A DNA stretch of 57,469 nucleotides. Source: a virus (Duplodnaviria > Caudoviricetes). Numbering within the stretch: the first letter of the stretch is position 1; every line of letters begins with the position of its first letter. The notes beneath the pieces were generated by a model. That model was given only the letters and a program-made list of their open reading frames with translations, did no database searches and was not told the origin of the DNA. This document shows positions 9,847 through 16,484 of the stretch, one piece after another. Position numbers and translations under genes: made by a program. Where the stretch lies: the IMG/VR virus record IMGVR_UViG_3300030102_005019, positions 1 to 57,469 of that record; one strand, written 5' to 3'.

Positions 9847-10089
9847 ATGAGAGACTCAGTAAGTCTTGTGGAGTGGTATTATGAAAGATTAATGTCAGAA
9901 ATACAATTCCAACTTATAATGCTAAACAAAGGTGATATTGATAGAGCAGATTTTTGTAATGCAATTGCAGAAATAGTTTTTCATGAAGATGCGGTGTACA
10001 AAGAGCATATGATTAAGAAATACGGAAAAGACGCATTAAAAGATGAAGCATATTTTAATATTGATAGCAAATACAAGAAAAAATTATGA
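9847..10089 (+). CDS. Hypothetical protein
   Basis: ORF track; operon packing. Confidence 0.6.
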   Translation: MRDSVSLVEWYYERLMSEIQFQLIMLNKGDIDRADFCNAIAEIVFHEDAVYKEHMIKKYGKDALKDEAYFNIDSKYKKKL

Positions 10090-10349
10090 GTAAAAAATAT
10101 TTAAAACTAAGCATAGATGGCTGGTGGACACAAGACCCAGAGCATCAGAAAAGATTTAATAACTCTTTAATAGATAAAGAAGCTATATATCACGAAATAG
10201 CACGCTGTTATATGTTAAGTATGAGTGATAAGTATAAACCATCATTTTTCGATTCTAATCTTTCGCTAGATGAATATCTAGTACAATACGGAGATAAAAT
10301 TGAACGTGTAGATCTTAAACTAGGAGAAGAAATTTTACAACTATTTTAA
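10086..10349 (+). CDS. Hypothetical protein
   Basis: ATGA overlap with the previous ORF. Confidence 0.6.
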   Translation: MSKKYLKLSIDGWWTQDPEHQKRFNNSLIDKEAIYHEIARCYMLSMSDKYKPSFFDSNLSLDEYLVQYGDKIERVDLKLGEEILQLF

Positions 10350-10351
10350 TT

Positions 10352-10489
10352 ATGAGATTTTTAAAAGAAGGTAACTTTAATGGATTAATATTTAGAAATG
10401 ATATGGTGTTTGTATCAGATATAGATAAATGGATAACTAAAGAGGAGTTCCAAAAATTAATAAATAAAAAAGCAAATGAAAAAAAGTAG
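10352..10489 (+). CDS. Small hypothetical protein (45 aa)
   Basis: MRFLKEGNFNGLIFRNDMVFVSDIDKWITKEEFQKLINKKANEKK fills the gap between ORFs. Confidence 0.5.
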   Translation: MRFLKEGNFNGLIFRNDMVFVSDIDKWITKEEFQKLINKKANEKK

Positions 10490-10772
10490 AATAAACATAT
10501 TTCTAAATTTAGAAGATATATACAATCCTAAACTAGAAGTAACTGAAGACGAAAAGTTTCCTACACAAGAATACTTTTGGGACCCAGCAACTATAGAGTA
10601 TTATTCTCAATATGCGGGTGAAAAATTTAAAGACGGAAGTTGTAAACTTAAACGAAAGGTAGAGGATTATGTAGCATATGAATGTGATTTAGAAGATGGT
10701 GATATTTATGAAAATGTAGTAAATGATTTATATCAAAGGTGTTTAGGTATCAAAAAACAGACTAATAAATAA
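10476..10772 (+). CDS. Hypothetical protein
   Basis: ORF track. Confidence 0.6.
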   Translation: MKKSRINIFLNLEDIYNPKLEVTEDEKFPTQEYFWDPATIEYYSQYAGEKFKDGSCKLKRKVEDYVAYECDLEDGDIYENVVNDLYQRCLGIKKQTNK

Positions 10773-10788
10773 GTGGTTAATATAATAT
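10757..10788 (+). promoter_or_regulatory. Early promoter-like motif, copy 5 (leaderless geometry)
   Basis: ACAGAC-N18-TATAATAT; ATG 6 nt after TATAAT. Confidence 0.75.
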
Positions 10789-10792
10789 ATAC

Positions 10793-10990
10793 ATGACAAA
10801 TAAATTATTTATATCAAAGCTTGCTGATACCCTTGGCGAAGACTTCATGTTAAGCGACATGCTACATCAAGAAGACTTATTCAAGAAGCAAGATGAAGTT
10901 GCTCGAATAATAGTAGACGCAGCAAACAAAGGCAATGACCTCGCACACGTATTTGTTACAAAGTGGCCTCGTTGCTTTTCAAATAGATAA
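10793..10990 (+). CDS. Hypothetical protein
   Basis: ORF after promoter. Confidence 0.6.
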   Translation: MTNKLFISKLADTLGEDFMLSDMLHQEDLFKKQDEVARIIVDAANKGNDLAHVFVTKWPRCFSNR

Positions 10991-10993
10991 ACT

Positions 10994-11101
10994 ATGAATA
11001 AAACTATTTTAATAAACCTGTGGATATCAACACTAGTTGCTAGTATTATATTAGGCGTAGTTGTGTTGCTATACACACTATTGCTCAGCCATGCGGTGTA
11101 G
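10994..11101 (+). CDS. Small membrane peptide (35 aa)
   Basis: MNKTILINLWISTLVASIILGVVVLLYTLLLSHAV, one hydrophobic helix. Confidence 0.45.
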   Translation: MNKTILINLWISTLVASIILGVVVLLYTLLLSHAV

Positions 11102-11279
11102 TTGTGGCGATCAAATACAAGCGGGTAGATTAGCTCTTGGCTATTATACCTGTGTAAATTGCTCAACAGCAAAAAAGTACAGTTATGTACCTATTATTGC
11201 TAACAAGCAAGTACTTGAGGTTCAAGTAGTTAGCCAAGAATTAAGTGATATAGTTCACAAATCTTGGCGTAGAAAATAA
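11091..11279 (+). CDS. DksA/TraR-like C4 zinc-finger protein
   Basis: Likely start ATG 11091: MRCSCGDQIQAGRLALGYYTCVNCS fits C..CG..I...RL......C..C. Confidence 0.55.
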   Translation: MRCSCGDQIQAGRLALGYYTCVNCSTAKKYSYVPIIANKQVLEVQVVSQELSDIVHKSWRRK

Positions 11280-11282
11280 TAC

Positions 11283-11567
11283 AGGACGAGTAGCTTAATT
11301 AGGTAGATTTGAAGCTAACTAAAAAATGTATGTGGTGCTAAACAGCGGGGCCTGATAAATCATTGCTGCAGTGCGTACGGAAGTGTATTACATTTATTAG
11401 TTATTTGATGGATTTCTACACATAAGTGAATTGCCTGATAGGTGGGTAAGAAATAGGAGATTTTGTAAGTCGTTCCCGCAAACCGGTAACAGTAGAAAGG
11501 TCCTGATTACAAATCCTTTTGAATCTAACCGGAAATCGGGGCATAAATCACACTAACTTGCCCACCT
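11283..11567 (+). ncRNA. Putative structured ncRNA(s), two adjacent folded domains
   Basis: ORF-free and GC-elevated; stems TAACTAAAAAATGTA/TACATTTATTAGTTA, AGGTGGGTAAG/CTTGCCCACCT and GATTTTGTAAGTC/GATTACAAATC. Confidence 0.55.
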
Positions 11568-11582
11568 TTTATATTAAAAGTT

Positions 11583-11843
11583 ATGACAAAAATTAGAACA
11601 AACCATCCTCCTGAAATAAGTAAAATTTTAGAGGATATACAAGAACAAGCTGAAGCCGCTGCAACAAAGGCAGCCGAGTGGTCAGTTGCAGAGTGTAAAT
11701 ACGAAGGTGATAAGTATAATCAATATATAGATTTGCTATTAAAAGATTCTTTTGGCCTTTTATATAAAAAATACACTAATAAAATATATAGACTTGGAAC
11801 ATATAGCCAAGTTAATACTAAAAATAAATATACTTTAAAATGA
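11583..11843 (+). CDS. Hypothetical protein
   Basis: ORF track. Confidence 0.6.
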   Translation: MTKIRTNHPPEISKILEDIQEQAEAAATKAAEWSVAECKYEGDKYNQYIDLLLKDSFGLLYKKYTNKIYRLGTYSQVNTKNKYTLK

Positions 11844-11974
11844 GTAGATTAGATAGACACACAGAAGCTTTGCTTCGTATAGAAATTATTATTAATAAAA
11901 AGTTTTCTGATGATATATTTTTATTAAAAGACGAAATCCAAAGAGAAATTAATATTGCATTACAAAATGAGTAG
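11840..11974 (+). CDS. Small hypothetical protein (44 aa)
   Basis: MSRLDRHTEALLRIE...; ATGA overlap; shares its first 6 codons with the next gene. Confidence 0.5.
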   Translation: MSRLDRHTEALLRIEIIINKKFSDDIFLLKDEIQREINIALQNE

Positions 11975-12191
11975 ATTAGATAGATACAAACAAAATTTAA
12001 AAGTAATTGGTAATGATGTATATTCATACGATACTCATGTTGCTGAAATAGAAGGTAACAAATTATATAAATTAAAATGGAGAGTTAATGGTATGTCCTC
12101 TTCTGTTACTACTACAAAGCATATAAACTATGTTGCAAAAGAATTAGGATTAACAATACAAAACGAAATAAAAGAATACGATACATTATGA
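11967..12191 (+). CDS. Hypothetical phage protein
   Basis: Likely start ATG 11967 (MSRLDRYK...YSYDTHVA...SVTTTKHINY). Confidence 0.65.
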   Translation: MSRLDRYKQNLKVIGNDVYSYDTHVAEIEGNKLYKLKWRVNGMSSSVTTTKHINYVAKELGLTIQNEIKEYDTL

Positions 12192-12400
12192 GTAAAAATC
12201 AAGAACCAACCACTGATCTTGGCAAAGCCAGGAGATGGTTTAGACAAGCTGGTTTAGAGCTTGAAAAAGAACGTGGCGCAGTCTACGTTAAATTTAATAA
12301 GTATCTCAGTCTACAAATAACTGAAGAAGAGGTAACTTATAGGGCAAGGATGTATGACTTAGATAACACATACAGACTTAACACAGAAGAAAGTGTATAA
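12188..12400 (+). CDS. Hypothetical protein
   Basis: ATGA overlap. Confidence 0.6.
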   Translation: MSKNQEPTTDLGKARRWFRQAGLELEKERGAVYVKFNKYLSLQITEEEVTYRARMYDLDNTYRLNTEESV

Positions 12401-12403
12401 TAT
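12372..12403 (+). promoter_or_regulatory. Early promoter-like motif, copy 6
   Basis: ACAGAC-N18-TATAATAT. Confidence 0.75.
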
Positions 12404-12417
12404 TATAAAAATTAATT

Positions 12418-12660
12418 ATGACTAAAATAAATACTATTTACGATAACCTACGCTCAGATGTAAAAAAACAGCTTAGGGATAGTGCTACAAAATATGATAG
12501 CGCTAAAAGACTAAAATATAGATTAATGAGTAGTACATGTTGGCACGACTTAACCGTTGGTGACATTAGCTCTTTAATGAGTTACGCGGGGCTTTATTCT
12601 TATGAATTAACTAGTCATGATTTATTATATGGAACTAAAAAGTTTTTAAAAGATGAATAA
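12418..12660 (+). CDS. Hypothetical protein
   Basis: ORF after promoter. Confidence 0.6.
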   Translation: MTKINTIYDNLRSDVKKQLRDSATKYDSAKRLKYRLMSSTCWHDLTVGDISSLMSYAGLYSYELTSHDLLYGTKKFLKDE

Positions 12661-12901
12661 AACAATAGAACAAACAAAACCAGAATGGTTTAAAGGTACT
12701 TGGTACAGTATAGGTGCTGATGTACAGAATCCGTTTAGCGGCGAAAGCTATACGTTAACCGGTCCTGAACTTAGCATGTACGATTTTATAGTAGGTGCTC
12801 AAGTGTTACCGATGTCTGACAAGATGATCGGCGATGTACAAAAAGGTTTAGCTTGGTTTAGAAATACTAATCCTGAAGCTTATATGGTATTATTAGACTA
12901 A
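12653..12901 (+). CDS. Hypothetical phage protein
   Basis: ORF track; ...WFRNTNPEAYMVLLD ending. Confidence 0.65.
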   Translation: MNKTIEQTKPEWFKGTWYSIGADVQNPFSGESYTLTGPELSMYDFIVGAQVLPMSDKMIGDVQKGLAWFRNTNPEAYMVLLD

Positions 12902-13134
12902 TGAAAAAATTTGTAGATTATAAACCAGAGGTATTAGCAAAAAAGCTTAAAGACGTTGAAGAGTACGAAAAAAATGTAGGCGTAGACGATCGTAGTAAAG
13001 CTTGGCGTAGATGGCTTGAATCAAAAGAATATAGAGAACGTGAGTGGCAATGGCGTCAGTCCCTTGCTGCTATACACGCCACCTTTGCAATACCTCATGA
13101 CATGAGAACTTTTCATGAGAGTCAACAGAAATAA
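12901..13134 (+). CDS. Hypothetical protein
   Basis: TAATG overlap. Confidence 0.6.
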   Translation: MKKFVDYKPEVLAKKLKDVEEYEKNVGVDDRSKAWRRWLESKEYREREWQWRQSLAAIHATFAIPHDMRTFHESQQK

Positions 13135-13387
13135 CCCTGAACTATATATAATGGATAATAAAGAAAAAACAAAAATACTGTTTGTATTAGATTTTACAGA
13201 CAGCAAGGTGTATCGTTATTACGCGCCAGCAGCAGAACAAAAAGAAAATAAAGTTTCTGCGCATAATCATACTTGGGTAGACATAGATGAATATCCAAAC
13301 TATGAAGATTTCATAATGGAAAAAGGTCACTCCCTTAGTAATTGTGAGTGGATGGTGTCAAACACAGACAGAATATATGGTGATTAA
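13115..13387 (+). CDS. Hypothetical protein
   Basis: ORF track; start may be ATG 13151. Confidence 0.6.
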   Translation: MRVNRNNPELYIMDNKEKTKILFVLDFTDSKVYRYYAPAAEQKENKVSAHNHTWVDIDEYPNYEDFIMEKGHSLSNCEWMVSNTDRIYGD

Positions 13388-13395
13388 TATAATAT
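13364..13395 (+). promoter_or_regulatory. Early promoter-like motif, copy 7 (leaderless geometry)
   Basis: ACAGAC-N18-TATAATAT; ATG 6 nt after TATAAT; closest promoter upstream of the ncRNA cluster. Confidence 0.75.
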
Positions 13396-13399
13396 ATAT

Positions 13400-13777
13400 A
13401 TGAATAAAATTACAACATTAAAAGCTGATGATAACCTGCGTGAAACAACAGGTAGTTACAAAATAGGTTCTTTAGACAATGTACACTTTAAAGATCTAGT
13501 AAACATGTTGGGTGAACCAACGTTATCAGGTGAATCTGGCGACGGTAAAGTTCAGTTTGAATGGGTGCTAGAGCATGACAATAGGCTCTATACAATATAT
13601 GACTGGAAAACATACGACGCAGAGTACACATTAAACGAGTTAACAACCTGGTCTGTAGGTGGTAAAGAATATATAGACAATGATTTTGTAACAGAAATAT
13701 TCAGGTTGTGTGAAGAAAATTGTCCAGAAAACGTAGCTGAAAGTATTATGTTTTATAGTGGATCTGGATTTAAGTAG
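13400..13777 (+). CDS. Hypothetical phage protein
   Basis: LGEP..DGKVQFEW...TIYDWK...WSVGG motif seen in small phage proteins. Confidence 0.65.
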   Translation: MNKITTLKADDNLRETTGSYKIGSLDNVHFKDLVNMLGEPTLSGESGDGKVQFEWVLEHDNRLYTIYDWKTYDAEYTLNELTTWSVGGKEYIDNDFVTEIFRLCEENCPENVAESIMFYSGSGFK

Positions 13778-13910
13778 GCGGCGGCATACTGGTCACGTTA
13801 GCTTTATACCCGTTAGAAACAATGGTTGAATCCATGACGGTCGTCAAAGCAAAACAGAAAGAGCGGATAAATGATAATACTAGTTAGCTACCAGTCCGCA
13901 ACTGCTGCCT
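13776..13910 (+). ncRNA. Putative structured RNA with T-loop-like hairpin
   Basis: Closing stem AGGCGGCGG/CTGCTGCCT, plus ACTGGT/ACCAGT, GCTTT/AAAGC, CCGTTA/TGACGG and ATGG-TTGAAT-CCAT. Confidence 0.55.
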
Positions 13911-13913
13911 TAT

Positions 13914-14021
13914 TGGCATGATATGGTATTAAAGAGATAACACTAATGATTAGCTGGAACATAAGAAACACGCTGTCGCATAAGAACTCTTACGAAGGTT
14001 CGACTCCTTCCATGTCAACTA
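13914..14021 (+). ncRNA. tRNA-like / miniature tmRNA-like RNA
   Basis: Acceptor TGGCATG/CATGTCA with G3-U70, discriminator A, T-arm GAAGG-TTCGACT-CCTTC, stemless D-loop ATATGGTATTA, P2-like AAGAG/CTCTT. Confidence 0.65.
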
Positions 14022-14090
14022 AGTTATGGCCGAGGATCCATATTAGGTTTTTATTATTTTTATTTTTCATATTTACCTTGGTCATAACTT
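14021..14090 (+). ncRNA. 15-bp hairpin with 40-nt U-rich loop
   Basis: AAGTTATGGCCGAGG / CCTTGGTCATAACTT with two G-U pairs. Confidence 0.45.
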
Positions 14091-14094
14091 TAAT

Positions 14095-14520
14095 ATAGCT
14101 GTAGGTGGGGTTGCAAACCCACTGAAGAGTTAGTACCCAACAACGCCTTGCGGGAACAAGGGGTAGGGGGTTGCTCAGTCATCTAGACGACATGCTTATA
14201 AATATAAGTATGATAATCAGAGATATACTGAGAGCGATTAAGATCTATTACAAAGGAACTATATAGATTGTTCCATGATAGGTATGAAGCTGGCTGATAA
14301 TTAAGGAACACCTCACGCTATTGAGGTTAGCCAGACTGTTGTAATCAGATATGATTATTCAATGAGTAGTAATACTTAAGAATAGTGGTTGAACACTGCA
14401 ACAAGCTATCAAGATTAAGCGGGTAAACCGATTAGCTAGGTCTTATGGTGTCTATACGCCGTCTAACTCGCGCTTAATGTAGCCAACGACGGTCACAAGC
14501 CCGTGTAAATACAGAGTGAG
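14095..14520 (+). ncRNA. Large multi-branched structured ncRNA (closed domain of about 315 nt plus 3' hairpin/pseudoknot)
   Basis: ATAGCT/AGCTAT closing stem enclosing at least eight helices, then ATTAAGCG/CGCTTAAT and ACGG/CCGT hairpins. Confidence 0.6.
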
Positions 14521-14536
14521 CGCAAAATTATAAATT

Positions 14537-14707
14537 ATGGGAATTACAAAAAAACAATTTAATTCGTACGTAACAGTACAAGAATCAGGTATTACTAATA
14601 TGTTCAACGTATCATTAGTAACTGACTTGACAGGGCTGACAAAAGATCAGTGTATTGACATAATGAAAAATTATGAAGAATACAGTAAAAAGTTTTCGAG
14701 TGTATAG
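14537..14707 (+). CDS. Small protein, possibly DUF5049-like (56 aa)
   Basis: MGITKKQFNSYVTVQESGITNMFNVSLV...; the SGxTNMF motif is recalled from small phage proteins. Confidence 0.55.
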   Translation: MGITKKQFNSYVTVQESGITNMFNVSLVTDLTGLTKDQCIDIMKNYEEYSKKFSSV

Positions 14708-14716
14708 CAACAGCGT

Positions 14717-14748
14717 ACAGACACAAAACAAGTTCTTGCGTATAATAT
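14717..14748 (+). promoter_or_regulatory. Early promoter-like motif, copy 8
   Basis: ACAGAC-N18-TATAATAT preceded by GTGTATAGCA. Confidence 0.75.
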
Positions 14749-14771
14749 AATAAACATAAAAAAATAAAATT

Positions 14772-15020
14772 ATGGGAAACATGAGTTATTGCCGCTTTGA
14801 AAATACAGCGGGAGATTTAGAAGATTGTGTACACGCAATCGAAAACGGCGAGATGACAGTAGAAATGTCAGATTACGAAGTTGATGCTTTACAAGATCTG
14901 TTAAACCACAGCTTAAGCATTGTGGCTATGAGAAGAGAAATTGAAAGAGCTATAGATGCGTGGCATGAGCACGAGGCAGAAATGGAAAGACAAGAGGAAG
15001 AAGAGGAAGAAGAAGAATAA
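14772..15020 (+). CDS. Acidic phage protein (MSYCRFENT family)
   Basis: MGNMSYCRFENTAGDLEDC start and poly-Glu tail. Confidence 0.65.
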   Translation: MGNMSYCRFENTAGDLEDCVHAIENGEMTVEMSDYEVDALQDLLNHSLSIVAMRREIERAIDAWHEHEAEMERQEEEEEEEE

Positions 15021-15094
15021 TGAAAATAGTTTACTTAACATCAACCCTTACAATATTACTAATAATTTACTTTATATATAAATTACAACAATGA
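15020..15094 (+). CDS. Small membrane peptide (24 aa)
   Basis: MKIVYLTSTLTILLIIYFIYKLQQ; overlaps stop/start on both sides. Confidence 0.4.
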   Translation: MKIVYLTSTLTILLIIYFIYKLQQ

Positions 15095-15456
15095 AAAACA
15101 ATTATAAAAAAACAGTTTTAAATCATTATCAATGTAGATATGATAGTGATATAAAAGCTTATGCGGGTTATGACAACACCTACGAGGTAATGTACACTGC
15201 AGACAGCTATGACATATTTGTTAAAATGCCAAATGCATCTTGGGATAAAGTAGAGCCAGATTATTGCATATTTTATTATTCTGAAGGCTTGTTAGAAGAC
15301 ATTAGACAAGATGTTCTTGATGGTAATTACATATACGTAGATCAGACAATTCAGGACGAGCTTTATATGACCGAAATTGACGATGAGTTTTGGCGAGATA
15401 TGTACATGGAAATAGAAGACGAAGCACAATTAATAGTTGAGCCAAATGAGGCATAG
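15091..15456 (+). CDS. Acidic hypothetical protein
   Basis: ORF track. Confidence 0.6.
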   Translation: MKNNYKKTVLNHYQCRYDSDIKAYAGYDNTYEVMYTADSYDIFVKMPNASWDKVEPDYCIFYYSEGLLEDIRQDVLDGNYIYVDQTIQDELYMTEIDDEFWRDMYMEIEDEAQLIVEPNEA

Positions 15457-15748
15457 AATCGAAAGACAATGGCTTCACCACATAGAAAAGAGAAGAGAAG
15501 AAAGAAAATTTAAAATTATGACAATACAAGAGATAAAGAAAAGGACAAAGAAAAAAGCTCCGTATTTTTTTAGCAAAGACACGATGAACTTTTTTAATCA
15601 AAAGCTTTCTGACTTTGAAGTTAAAAAGCTATCAGATACAGAATATTTAATAACAGCACCAAGCTATTGGGGTGGTAAATTAATGGGTTACACAAAACGT
15701 ATATTTAACACTGAAACAAACGACTTACATGATGCGGAATCTAGATGA
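15446..15748 (+). CDS. Hypothetical phage protein
   Basis: ATG at 15446 or 15518; PYFFSKDTMNFF motif. Confidence 0.55.
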   Translation: MRHRIERQWLHHIEKRREERKFKIMTIQEIKKRTKKKAPYFFSKDTMNFFNQKLSDFEVKKLSDTEYLITAPSYWGGKLMGYTKRIFNTETNDLHDAESR

Positions 15749-15983
15749 AATAATGAAAGATCAAGATAAAAGACAAGGAACAAAGGGTAAAGCTTGGAAC
15801 CACGTGTTTGCTAGGTATTTAAGATGCAACGCAAAAGTTAGAAGGCTTACAGATCAAATAGAGGGTAGATTACCTTTTGACACATTTATAAGTAAAGAAC
15901 TACACGCAAAAATGTTATCAGCAGAACGTGAAAACCTTAAAATGTATGATTACATGCTGCGTATAATAGATATGGACCAATGA
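15729..15983 (+). CDS. Hypothetical protein
   Basis: ORF track. Confidence 0.55.
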   Translation: MMRNLDEIMKDQDKRQGTKGKAWNHVFARYLRCNAKVRRLTDQIEGRLPFDTFISKELHAKMLSAERENLKMYDYMLRIIDMDQ

Positions 15984-16462
15984 AAAAAATAATCAGAACA
16001 ATTGAAATAATAATAATATTGCTTTTATTTGTACAACAAACTTTTTCACAAAAAAGAAAAATACAAGCTACAATATATCACCCAGTTGTTGGTCAAACTG
16101 ATGACACACCTTTTATAACAGCAAACGGTGGTATTATAGATCCAGATAACCCGGGTAAACATAGGTGGTTAGCTGTATCAAGAGATTTAGAAGAAGTGGG
16201 TTTAACAATGGGTACTATAGTTTGTATTGATAATGCGGGTGATATGAACGGAGACTGGATTGTAATGGATAGAATGAATAAAAGATGGACCGGTAAAATA
16301 GATTTTTTAGTTGATTACAGTGTTAAAGGTGGCAAATGGGAAGATGTTAAAATACAAGTAATAGGTGTTGTATCAGAAGATTGCATGTGTGGTACACCGT
16401 TTTATTATACCGGAATAAAATGTGAAACATACAAGCAATTAAAAATAAATAAAGTAAATTAG
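15980..16462 (+). CDS. Secreted 3D-domain (MltA-like) protein
   Basis: N-terminal signal/TM; ATIYHP..QTDDTPFITANG, LAVSRDL and VMDRMNKRW..KIDFL are 3D-domain motifs. Confidence 0.75.
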   Translation: MKKIIRTIEIIIILLLFVQQTFSQKRKIQATIYHPVVGQTDDTPFITANGGIIDPDNPGKHRWLAVSRDLEEVGLTMGTIVCIDNAGDMNGDWIVMDRMNKRWTGKIDFLVDYSVKGGKWEDVKIQVIGVVSEDCMCGTPFYYTGIKCETYKQLKINKVN

Positions 16463-16484
16463 CGTGTATAGCAATACTGTAACT

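Noticed and set aside
13914-14021. Canonical tRNA gene
   Set aside because: No D-stem and no 5-bp/7-nt anticodon arm identifiable, and the interior is too long; reported as tRNA-like instead.
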